From positions 640,001-704,000 of the forward strand of contig AE017150.2 in assembly GCA_000002445.1 (NCBI GenBank): a stretch of 64,000 nt of DNA, given 5' to 3'. Below, piece by piece: positions 32,844 to 44,786 of the stretch; position 1 is the first letter of the stretch; every line of letters starts with the position of its first letter. The notes beneath the pieces were generated by a model. That model saw only the letters and a program-made list of their open reading frames with translations, was not told where the DNA came from and searched no databases. The position numbers were made by a program, and so were the translations under genes. The stretch comes from Trypanosoma brucei (taxonomy: Eukaryota).

Positions 32844-35345
32844 CTATCGAGGCGGCACCTTCAGTACCTTTATTAACGTCGCCAAAAGATTAATGTCATC
32901 CTCTGTCAATTCATCCTTAAACAATTTAATCGCATTAACAGATGGACGGGAAATGAGTGAGAAGAGTTCATCCGATTTATCAAACTGTCGCCCGAACGTC
33001 ATTCCACTTTCCCCTGAGTTTATTTTAACCGAACACTCGCAGCCCACGCGGCCAACAGTGATGCTCTTCTTATCGCGCTCTAATGACATCACTCGCCCGA
33101 TGAGATGTGGCGTATCGCCCCGCATAAAAGCGAGTGGCGTTCCCGGGTGGAGCTGACCACACTTCACCTTCACAGGGAGAATAATAGGATCGGTGTTATG
33201 GATGGCATCGTCGAGAATGGTGAGTTGTACAGGAAAGACGGCAATTGCGCGTGCCTTATCTTTTTCCCGCTTCTCATACTCGTTTATATACCTTGTGAAC
33301 ATATCAAACAAATGGTAGATGATCTTGGCCTCAAACATATCGATGTCGTTCTTCTTGGCAATGTCTCGAGCGTCATCGGATATCTCAACATCGAAGGCAA
33401 GAACAACAGCGTGACGCGGTGACTTCCGTTTCATGGAGAGGACATTGATCATATGTCTCTTATGCAGTGGCCCAATGGAGGCGCTTGCAACAGGAATCTT
33501 CATTTTGTTCAAAAACGACAACAAGGCTTCCAGAGAACCAAGTGTAGAGCTTTGCACCGTAACCCCAACACCGTCGGGACTCAACTGGTCCGTAATGCTG
33601 TTCGCATCCTTCATCACCTCCTTTGCAACGGCTTCTTTATCGTCTCCCGGCCGCACGACGAGAAGATGCGAACCAGGAATAACATACTCCAGTTCGTTGG
33701 CCGCAATCTTAATTCCCATTGCTGCCTTCATTGTCTTGTGATGAATGTATTCCCCTCTTACTCGAAGTTCCTTCATGGGTTGTGGTGTGAGCAGTGCACG
33801 GATCTGCGTGAACACGGGCCCGTTCTGCCCACAGAGGCAAATATTGTCGCCCTCGTGAAGCTCGCCGTTGATGAGGATGGCATCGATAGTAAAACCATAC
33901 CCCGTTGTGGGCTTCACCTCCAGAATGGTACATTGCAGGTCATCCTTGTATGTAACTTTCCCTTCCATGAACTGTTGCACCAGTTGAACTTCCAACAGAA
34001 TTAGGTCACAAATGCCTTCTCCTGTCTTGGCCGACGTTGGCACAATTGAAACCACCTTTCGCACCTCCTTGTTATGATAGTACAGTTCGGAATTGAGTCC
34101 CTCTGCAAGCAATTCCTGTTTTACTTGAACAAGCCGTGTGCTAAACTCATCACGGACATTAGGCTTCTGTAAGGAAAGCGTTTGCTCAATGTCCATGTCC
34201 TTGTGAGCAACCCAGTCGTAGAGGCGATCCACTTTGTTCAATGCGACGATGAAGGGGCACTTTTTCTCGCGTAGCAGACGGATTGACTCACGCGTCTGTG
34301 GTTCCAACCCGTGCATTATATCCACAACGAGAATAGCGATGTCGCACAAACTGCTTCCACGACTGCGAAGATTTGTGAAGGACTCGTGACCGGGTGTATC
34401 GATAACGAGAAGACCAGGCACGTTCAGCTGATGCTGGTACTTTTGATTGAGATCAGCTGTGGCTTCAACAATTGATTCCCGTGGAAAAAAGGTGGCACCG
34501 ATCTGCTGCGTAATACCACCGGCCTCACCGCCTTGAACGTTAGTCGCTCGAATACGATCCAATAAACTAGTTTTACCAGTGTCCACGTGTCCAAGAACAC
34601 AACAAATTGGCGACCGGAGTTTTGTCACGCTCTCCAATACATGCTCCTTTGCTCGCCTTTCCTCTTCCTTCGCGCGTTTCCGCGCTTCCTTCGCCTTCAG
34701 TCGCTCTTCCACCATCTCAGCACGTCTCTTACGGATACGCTCGTTATTAATTTTACGCTGCTCTCGCCGATCGTCACGCTCCATCATGGCTTCCCAGTCT
34801 TCCTCGTCCACCTCCGCATCGGACTCTGTTGGCTCCGTCACCTCACCGTCATCTTCCACTGGTAGATCCAAACTGTCTTCGTCTGATTCATGACCGGCTT
34901 TGGCTGCCCTCTCATCAGCTGCGTCTTCCTCCTGTTTCTGAGTAGGCTTTTGTTTTTGCTGCTTAGGTCGTGGGGCTTCCCGCTCCTTTTTCTGCTGTTC
35001 CCGAACTTTCTCCACATCAGGAACGATAAAACCGGCGGCAGCCATACGTTCCAGAACATCATTGCGGGACTCCTTGGTTCCCATTTTGCGAGCCAAGCGC
35101 TCCTCTTCCTTCCGCCGCTGACGTTCCCGGGCGCGCTCTTCCTCTTCAAACCTCCGTTGCTCTTCCGCAAGTCGTTCCTCTTCACGCAACCGTTTTTCCT
35201 CTTCCTCCCGTTCCCTGCGAAGCCGTTCTTCTTCTTCCTTTTGCTTCTCCATGTGCTGCTTAAGTTTTGCGATCATCGCGGCGGGAGGCCCGCCCTTGCG
35301 GGCGGGGGCGCCTTTTGGCGCTGCCTTTGGTCCTTTAGGCGGCAT
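32844..35345 (-). CDS. EIF5B: translation initiation factor eIF5B (IF2 homologue)
   Basis: Lys/Glu/Arg-rich N-terminal region followed by a GTPase domain. [38 protein letters not shown] is near-identical to the eIF5B G-domain consensus ([38 protein letters not shown]). Subsequent beta-barrel and C-terminal domains are present. Confidence 0.85.
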   Translation of the reverse strand: [833 protein letters not shown]

Positions 35346-37521
35346 TATCCGTTAAAACGATGTTTCGGCTGGACCGATGGTGGTGCGTGGCGTGCTATGA
35401 AGTAAAGGGTGTAATGGTGTCGGTAGTGGTGATGACGAACAGATAACGTGCGCTAATGGTAATAGTGCTCCGAGCTAACGTATATATATATATATATATA
35501 TCCCAGGCAATCCCCTTTCTTTTTTGCCTTTTCTTCAGAAACTGTGACACGCCACCTACGTTTCCTCCTGTGGTGAGCTGCACCTATTGGCCTCGGCGCC
35601 TTTGATGTTGAATGGCGGAAGAATAACGGTCCGTCCTTCCTTTAATCGCAACGGCGGAAGCGGTTATCGATGAATTGTCGCTGACGTTATTGTTAATGCT
35701 GCTCCTTTAATCTTCTGGTTCAGTTCCACTTACTCTTCTTATTTGATGCAGGAATCTTTAAGTAGGCACAACGTCGTGTTTCAATGCGATGCTCCCGTTT
35801 GTGTTTACTTTATCTTAAAAGATGCCTCTGGAATTACTCCGTGAAAACGGCGGATCCTTTTCGCAATCAACTCAATATATATATATATATATATATAAAT
35901 ATATTCTTCCTTGCCTTCCTGCTTGGACGTGCAATTTCGAATACTCTTCCACAGTTGTCTTTTTTTTTTCTCAGCACACACACACGCAGGCACGTGAGGG
36001 AAACAAATGCAGAGCCCTAACGTTAATTTTACTATTATTGCTTTCGCGTACCTAGTTATTTGTCAATACTCTGTTTCTTATATATATATATATATATATA
36101 TAGACAAATATATTTATTTACAACAAATATATATAATATATACACGTACGTATATGAGGGGACGGATGTGCAGGTATTTTTGTTGTTTAATTCCGGTTTC
36201 TGTCCCGTTGTATTTCGAGAGTACGCGATTTATATCGTCCCCTAACCTTTCCTATGTGATTGAACCGCTTACGTACTGCTGCGGCACTCCTGTTCTGGAG
36301 ATAATTACTTTTTCTTTTAAGAGACTTCAGTGTTGAAATGCTTGCTGCTGCGTATCAAACTATGTGTATATTATATTTGTATACACGTGTATGTGCATGT
36401 GCGTACATGTTAAGAAGTTGAAAACAACAAGAACAACAAAGGAAACGGCAAAGGGACACGATTGTAAAGTTGTGATAAGAAAGGTTAGATATAACAATAA
36501 CAATAATAATAATTTTTTTTTAAAAAGGCGCGTATCGTTCACACAGTGAGCTTCAACAACACAAGCGTACACATTTGTGACGCTCTCTTTCTTCTTTACT
36601 TTCCTTTTCCTCCCTCTTTTTTTTGGGGGGGGGATCTCCCTTCACGAACTAACACAGACAGTTAGTAATATATAAATATAAAAATATGTCAATGGGGTGC
36701 GTGATCATTTCCATTTCCTTTTTCAGCATAGCATCATTCCCTTTCATTGCTTCAAACACACACGCGAAAAGAAAAGCAACAACACCACAAGTTGTGAAGA
36801 GTACCAAACACTTTAAAATATTGCCTAGTGGTGGTGCCGGTAGCGGAAGAAGTAAAGAAAGCAGCGGGAAAGCCTCTCAAAACGTAACGCGGCAGAAAAA
36901 TAAATTAAGTTGAACAAAGAGGAACCACACAAGTACAGGCACATCCCTACAAAAACAACGGTAATACCACTAAAAACAGGTACATGCATCTCAAACGAAC
37001 ACAACCAACAAATCGTAAATGTTGGATCACAACACAAAAAGAATATATACCGCTGCAGCTGTTGTGAAAAGTAAGATGAAAACAAAAAACAAAACAACAA
37101 CGTCAGGCACAAAAGTAGAAAGTTTACTACTAAGTACTCCACAAAAGCGATCATGAGACCGAGTGATATTCCGCGTAATTGTGAATACAAAAAAAAGCGG
37201 GAGAGGGATGAGACTTCTCACCAGAGATTTTCTTTCTCATTTTTTCCTTTTACCTTCATTTCTCCAGTTGGGCATTCACATGTTTGCTTTTTGGATTATT
37301 CGGAGTCACTACGCTGCACTGCCATTATCTGTTCACTCGCCGACAGCACATAATAGTGTAGGTGAAACAAGTAAAACAACCCCTGTACCATGTTAATCCT
37401 ATCCATAAACAGCCAAATATATAAGTATAAATATACAAATATAGATATTTATCTCTTTGTTCAATCTACTCTATTTTATTCCCTCATTAACTGTCTAGAG
37501 AACTGACGAGAAATAAAGATG

Positions 37522-37580
37522 CCCCCCCCCCCCGCTACACACACATACACACATACAGACACACACACGAACACGCACAA
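37522..37580. repeat. C12 homopolymer followed by CA-rich tract (G12 + GT-rich in the minus-strand transcript)
   Basis: gcccccccccccc gctacacacacatacacacatacagacacacacacgaacacgcac. Starts about 60-120 nt downstream of the stop codon of the 503-aa mitochondrial-presequence ORF. Confidence 0.85.
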
Positions 37581-37638
37581 AAATAAAAAAAAGAACAATA
37601 ATAACAATAACACCGAGATCAACAACAACAAGAAATGC

Positions 37639-39150
37639 CTAGTATGCCGAAACGGCAGTCATGGTGTGAACCATAAGTTCCTCCATTCCTTCTTCTAGCG
37701 CTGCCGCAAGTTTGTTACCGTATTCCCACAGTTCGTCCGTAAGTGCAGCTATATCAATCCTTTCAGCCTGTTGGGGTAGCGGCACAATCCACTCATACTC
37801 CAAACGTTCGCCCTCGTCCCCAGCCTTTGTGATGATGAGCGGCGTTCGTTTTGTCTCTACAAGTTGAAGTGTTACACCAGTGGCCGTTTTCTTGGCCCAC
37901 TTGCGAACCACACGCTCACAACAGTACACAACATCACCTAATTCCGGCGATAACACCGACTGCACAGAATCCCGTGTGCTACGTAGTATGTCCGCTTCAA
38001 GGTAAGCATCCGCAATACGTTTCTTGATGGGATGCCTGGCACGCACGACGTAACGCAAATCGGGCATCTTACTGCGAATGTAGTGTGAAACGAAGAACCG
38101 ATCCCACGGTTTGTTCATCATCGTGCACTTAAGTTGACCATTGAGCTCACAATCGAAAAACTCTGCCATGCGACGGATTGTGACTTTATAGCTCGTTGTG
38201 CGTTCCTGTTGGATGCTCATGTTAAGAGCTGCCGCCAGAGACTCCATGGCCGCTACGTTGGATTCGCTCGCAATGGCAAACCAGGCATACGGATGCTGAG
38301 CGTAGAGATGCTTTTGCACTGTCCACAGCGGCATGACATTACGATTTTGCTTTGCCACACTGCGATAGTAAAGTGCCTTACCCGCTCCGATGTTAAGCTC
38401 ACCCGGCATATTCATATTCCAAATATTCATGAGGCACCATTCAAAGGCCATTCGGAATCGCATTTTGTTTGCGTCGTTTGGGGCAACGTGAATTGCTGCC
38501 AGGGCATTCTTCACCTTACTTTGCCCCGGAAGTTTGCTCGGGTCGATACTCGCAATACCCACATCTGTAGCTGTCTCACTGTGCAGAAGCTGAAAGGCTC
38601 GAGGAGAAAGCGGATCATAACGTTCGCCCATTCGTCCAGGGCTTAATTCCATAAAGTCCAACTCACGACGGTCCTCAAAACCGGGTTCTGCACCCCAATC
38701 ACCGTATTCATCCGCTTCTTCCAGCGCATCTTCGGCACGATCATAGTCCGTCACAACAATGGCGTGTGGGTTGTCCTCCTGCGGTACCGTTGCGCTCGCC
38801 TGCTGCTCAGCGGAGAGAATTTCTTCCACCTGCCGCACCAACGCACTCTTTTTTGCACGAGGGTCCACATTTGCCACGCGGCAGTGCTCCTGTAAAAAAA
38901 AAGCAAGTTCCGGTACTGAAAGTGAAAAGAGATTGCCTTCATTCCATAAGCCCCATACGGTGTTACGAGTAATGTGTGAGAAGTCACCGCTGGCTGCCGG
39001 TGCAGCTGCAGAAAAAGACTGCTGACGAGTCGCAATTTGCAGCGGTGCGACTGCTCGGCTAAAGGCACTTGTTGCACCGTTCAAAGCGCTGAATATTTTC
39101 AGGCGCGCGCGCAGCATGTAAAAAAACTTTTTAGAAAGAGAAAAAAACAA
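37639..39150 (-). CDS. hypothetical protein with predicted N-terminal mitochondrial presequence and SAP-like helix-extended-helix motif
   Basis: The second Met gives MLRARLKIFSALNGATSAFSRAV, an amphipathic Arg-rich presequence. SAP-like segment LSVPELAFFLQEHCRVANVDPRAKKSALVRQVEEIL. True start is more likely the second ATG at about 39117 than the first ATG at 39150. Confidence 0.6.
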   Translation of the reverse strand: MFFSLSKKFFYMLRARLKIFSALNGATSAFSRAVAPLQIATRQQSFSAAAPAASGDFSHITRNTVWGLWNEGNLFSLSVPELAFFLQEHCRVANVDPRAKKSALVRQVEEILSAEQQASATVPQEDNPHAIVVTDYDRAEDALEEADEYGDWGAEPGFEDRRELDFMELSPGRMGERYDPLSPRAFQLLHSETATDVGIASIDPSKLPGQSKVKNALAAIHVAPNDANKMRFRMAFEWCLMNIWNMNMPGELNIGAGKALYYRSVAKQNRNVMPLWTVQKHLYAQHPYAWFAIASESNVAAMESLAAALNMSIQQERTTSYKVTIRRMAEFFDCELNGQLKCTMMNKPWDRFFVSHYIRSKMPDLRYVVRARHPIKKRIADAYLEADILRSTRDSVQSVLSPELGDVVYCCERVVRKWAKKTATGVTLQLVETKRTPLIITKAGDEGERLEYEWIVPLPQQAERIDIAALTDELWEYGNKLAAALEEGMEELMVHTMTAVSAY

Positions 39151-41009
39151 ATTAACGTGAAATGAAGGGCCAGGCCACTCCCCGCAACAAAACTACCGTG
39201 CGGTTACACTTGCTCTTCGGACTCACTATCGACTTCGGCAGACTCAAACAAACAAAAAAAACAAACAGTTTTTTTTCTTTCTTAGCCGTCCTGATACCAC
39301 CGTGAGCACCTTAACGGTTCAGCGGTTATATTGTTGAGAATGCCGCGCAGTGTGTTGTGTTGTGTTGCCCCGTTTCTTCCCGTTTGTTTCCGCCCTGCAA
39401 TCAATTAAGAGCCGCTATTATGACACAACTTTTTTTTCCTTCTTCAATTCTCTTATATATATATATATATATATTTCTCTTTCGCTTCCTTTTGTTGTTG
39501 TTTTCCCTTGTTTTATTTTTTAATTATTTCTATCCCGAACTTTATATTATCCTTTAGCTAAGGATTTGTTACCGTGTTGTCTGTCTTTTTTCTCTTTTTC
39601 CTCTTTTTTTACTTCAAGTTCTTACTTGAGCAACTTGAACTTGAAGAACTTTACGTGCAACCCCTCAAACGTCACTTCCTATCCCAATCAAAGCACGTAA
39701 ATAACACCAAAAAACTACTACTATATATAAAAAAAAAGCAAGTGAGCTAAGAGAAAAAGAGGAAGAAGAAAAATTGAAGTATAGGGTGAAGATTAAGGCA
39801 ATGTAATATCCGTGTGGTATGTATGAGGGTGTATGTTACATTTAATATTTAAATACATTATGCATATATAAATATATAAATATACGTTCATTGGCTTGTT
39901 TTATAGACGCGGCCGTGCCGCAGTGATTATTTCATTTCTACCGCCCGATTGAGCCAATCCAGCGTTTGGAAAAGGGATAACTGCCTTTCGCTGTTTTCCC
40001 CACTTTCCCTCAATCCTTATAATAATTTCCAACCTCTTCTTTCTTCTCCTTTGCTCCGTTTTTCTTTTCTTTTTTTTTTCTTTAAAAAAAACTCTTTTAA
40101 ACATTGTTTTCTTTTACCTCTTAGAAAAATAAATATATTATTTCCTTTTTAAAATTTCTTTTGCATCTCTTTCTTCTTTTCTTTTCTTTTGTTTTTTATT
40201 TTTCTTCTCCCCTCGATGTTGTTTTGTTCCTTTCCGTCAAATGTCCAATATTCATCTCTTTTTCCTTCTTCCCTTCCTCATTCATCTATTCGTTTTATTT
40301 ACAAAATTTGCCTTTTGCCTTTTCTCATTTATTTTTTTTTACTTTAATCATTTTTTTCCCTTTCCCTCAATACTTATAATATCCCTCTCTTTTTTTCCTC
40401 GTTTATTTACCCGGAGGCATGTGCAAATTGTTTCGGCCGCCCATCAAGAATTAAAATCAAAAGAAACAGAAAAAACAACAACAACAACAACATCATCATC
40501 ATCACCAACAAGAAACATAAATACACACAAACACACATAAATATATAAATATAAATATATAAATATACATATATGCATTTATGTATTTATTTTATCTGCA
40601 CAGCCATACAACAACAGCTACAACAACAAAAAAACAAAACAAAAACAAAAGCCGTCCAACCACAAAAAGGTGTGACATTGAAGTTTTTAAGAAAAAAAAA
40701 GTGATGACGATGGCGAAGGGAGCGCAACAGTAATAATAATAACAATAATAATAAAACCCCAACAGAAAACTGAAACAATCAAATTAAAACAAAAAAAAGT
40801 TACTTACTGGTATTAACAACTATATTATATAGATTAGTAATAGTGACAATTAGGGCAATAATAACACTAGTATAGCAACAACAAAAATATATATTATATT
40901 CGTGTTTAATTACATAAATTTAAATATATAAATATATTTTAATTATTTATTCACGTGTGCGTGTGTGTGCGTGTGTGTGTTTAGCAGTACAAAATCGAGA
41001 AAGGAAGAA

Positions 41010-41010
<1 letters not shown>

Positions 41011-41042
<32 letters not shown>
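41011..41042. repeat. (AAC)~11 trinucleotide repeat
   Basis: aacaacaacaac... read directly. A second (AAC)6(ATC)4 run at about 40476-40505. Confidence 0.9.
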
Positions 41043-44000
41043 GAAAGGAATTTATTTTATTTTATGGGGATGAGGCCGCTTGTAAGAGAGGTTAGGAGTC
41101 CGAATGAAAATGAAACAGGCTCATAGGTAAAGGAAAGCTGAGCAGCGTAAAGAGAAATAAATTCCGTATTTCATGCAAAAAAAACAAAACAAAACAAAAC
41201 ACATACAAAAATAATATAGAAAAAGAAATATGCGTATTTATTTATTTATGTATGTATTATATGTGCGCCTTCCCCTTTGTACACGTAAACATAAAACATA
41301 AAACATTGCTCAAAAAAGAAAAAAAAAGAAAGAAAGAAGGAAGGGTTATGAAGAGCTGGAAGCACGAACCTGCACGGACAGTCACAAATGTATAACCCAC
41401 AACAAATCAAATCAAATCAGAGCAAAAAAGAAAAAAAAGAAAAAAGGACTTGAATAAAAAGAAAGAAAAAAAGAAAGAAAAAACAGGTCAAAATTGTAGG
41501 TTCCCTCAGACGCATCCGACATGTGCTCTGATCACAGCTCAAACATATCCACAAATAATTTAAAAAAAAACAACACGACAAAATACTTGCGAAAAAGTAT
41601 ATAAACATGTGGAAAATATTTGTATGTTTATAAACTTCTCCAATGGTTTCGCTGACATTATCAAATTCATCACAACTTTTCCCTATTCTCCTCCTTTCCT
41701 CCTTTTATCTCCAGTCACAAAATATATAAGCACACACGCGCGTATTTACACATGATCTTCTCTTTTTTTCTTTGTAGAAAACAACAACAAAAAAATCGAT
41801 ATAAATGATTTAATTAATACATATAAATTAACACAAAAATATACCGAATACACTTTGCCATTATTCCTCTTGTCGTAGCAATTTTTTGTTTGTTTGTGCG
41901 TGCGTGCGGTGGATTTGGTACAAGGGATATTTTACAACATCCCCACACCAATGCGAAGTCAAAAATACGTAAGGAAAAAAAACAGAAAAACAAAATTAAT
42001 AAATTATTTAACGAAATGAATAAATAATTAATTAACCTTGTTTTCTTTTTTTTTTTTCACTACTAGTATTGTTGATGTTATGGTGGAATCTCGTACAATG
42101 TAGGAGGGACAAGAAGAGGAAGAAGAATGATAATATGAATTCATTGAAACGAAACGAAGAACAAAAACAAGAACAAAAAACAAAAACAAAACAAAACAAA
42201 AACCGCCTCACGTCACTGCTTCCCATGCACTTTTAGTGCTTTTGAATAAAAAAAAATGGGAGAGGGGGTGCGCCTCATATAACGCCAGGCGATATAAAAA
42301 TAATTTTAAAAAATTAAAAAAAAAAGATATTTATATCGTTATCATATCATCGGTAACAATCTCCTTTTGCTTGCCTTTTCCTTACTTACTTCCTTCTTTC
42401 ATTTCCTTCCTCCTTACGAGGAAACAATAATAATAATAATAACAATAATAATAATAATAATGAGACACAAACTCACATGCACGAATCCACATAAATACCC
42501 AAATTCATTCAAATGAATGCATACAACAGAACACAAGGTTTTTTTCTCCTTAAAAAAAAAAAAGAAAAAAAAAAAGAAAATCATTGCTGAGAGACGGCGT
42601 GGCATCTATGAAAAAAAAATGTTATTGAGTGAGCGAATAAGTCGGTGAGTCATCGAAAACATTTGGTGCCATTGCGTGCGCATTTTATTTTTCTCTTGTC
42701 TGTTCTTTTTTTTTCTTTTTCTTTACATTAGCAGTATAATTTATGACCGATAGTAATGGTAAAACGAGTCCTTACGTACCCATCCCAAATGAAAATGAAA
42801 ATGAAAGAAAAAAAAAACACGGGAAACGAGAAACATTAAAACAACAACAAGAAAAAAAAGGGAAAGGGAAAAAAACAAATACACAACAAATGATATATAT
42901 TTTTTTAAAAAAAGAAAAAGAACGCATACATTTCCACCTGATTTCCACACTTGAATCATTATTTTCTTTTCCTTTTCTTTCTTTCTTTTTTCCCCTTCTT
43001 CCCTTCCATCCACGTAATTTCCTCTTATTACTAAAACAATAAATAAATATGTCAGCCACTGACGAAATAATGTCAAGGAAATGGAAAAGTAGGAGGAAAA
43101 GGGAAAACAAACAAACAAACAAAAAAGATAAAAGGAAACAAATGCGGTAACATCACTTCCCTGATATATATATATATATATATTTCTCCTTTTTCGCTTT
43201 ATAAAACCCGCTGTTTCCCCCTATTTTCCTTTCTTTTTTTTTTTGGAAAAAAAAATTTCCGCGAGTATCACACTTATTAATATTTATTTAAAATATTAAT
43301 AATAATGATTATTATTATTTCATAAATTACTTTGAATTACTTTTATTTTTACTGCCGTTTCATTGCATTATATATACAAATATATGTATAAATGTGTGTG
43401 TCTATGCGTGTGTTTGTGTGGTTATTATTATTATTATTATTATTATATTTTTTTTGTAAATTACCTCAGCCGGGGCGGTGATGAAAATAATGAGAAACAA
43501 CAATAATAATGGAATTCCCGTACCGATTTAAATACCACACGGAAAACCCATATCTTCACACATAAATCTAAACATAAACATAAACATAAATGAAAAAAGA
43601 AAATGAATATAAACATAAACATAAACACACACAAATATATAAACTATATTATTATATTACATATTTAAGTATTTATGTATTACGTGAGAATAAGAGGAAG
43701 CGAAAATAAAATGAAGAAATAATAAAAGTAAAATTAATTGAATAACCACCCTCAAAAGCAAGCAAACAAACGAAAAAAACAAAAAAAACAAACAACAAAA
43801 CCAATAATAACAACACTAATAATTAATAAAATTACTACCACTGAAACATTTTGAATATGTTACGTGTATGCGTGCATATATAAATATTTGGTAGTTCTTT
43901 TTTTTCTTTCTTTTTTTTTTTAAAAAAAAGATAAATGATAGGCGTGTTTATGGATTGAGGTTGTACTAAAAGAAGGCGAAGGACATTATTTTATTTTGGT

Positions 44001-44477
44001 AGGCACGACATGAGAGAAAAGGTAGAGGTAAACAGCAACAACAAAAGCCGACAAAATCAAAGAAAGAGAGAGAGAGAGAAAACAAAAAAAGCGTATGACA
44101 ACACTTACCACCAAATTAAAGTACCGAATTGAACAAAAATCCAAGTCATAAATTAATTAGCAAACCAATGAAATTGTTTATTCATTAAATTATTTATTAT
44201 TTTTTCCGGAGTTGTTGGCATCCTTCTCATCCATAGTCTTCTTTTTTTAAAAATAATTTATTTACCTTTTCTTCTCTTTCCTACTTTATTCCCCCCTTTT
44301 CTTTATAAAACCATTTCAACTTTATACATCTAACTGTTCAATACGGGAGAGCGCGAAAACGAAAAAAAAACACAAAAACACCAAAAATAAAACCTAATAA
44401 AAATGAAAAAAAAAAGGGAAAAGGAACTGATGAATCCAAACAATCCTTCTCACATTCCCACGCGCCCTACACGTACT

Positions 44478-44518
<41 letters not shown>

Positions 44519-44743
44519 CTGAGTAGCGAATTATACTTGCCCATCAATCAGTTGTTTATTTTCATTTTTGTTTGTTTAATAATTTAATTTGCGTTTATTA
44601 CAAATCTCTTCACTTCGTTTTACCTCCCATTTGTCTTTTCTTCACTTCTGCCCTTATTTTCTTTTTTTTGTTCATATTTCCTATTTTTTAAAAAAATTTT
44701 CGTTCACACGTAATTTGGCTACACCGTGCAACTGTCAAGCAAA

Positions 44744-44786
44744 CAACCAACCAACCAACCAACCAACCAAACAAACAAACAAACAC
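44744..44786. repeat. (CCAA)~7 then (CAAA)~4 compound tetranucleotide repeat
   Basis: aaccaaccaaccaaccaaccaaccaaacaaacaaacaaaca read directly. Confidence 0.9.

Noticed and set aside
42741-43122. Minus- and plus-strand ORFs of 60-150 aa inside the AT-rich spacers (e.g. 42741-43118, 42772-43122, 23353-23760, 21239-21694, 40241-40540, 36825-37190).
   Set aside because: Their translations are homopolymer or microsatellite products such as FFFF, LLLL, (SL)n, (ER)n and IIIIII. They have no complex composition, so they are artefacts of low-complexity DNA.
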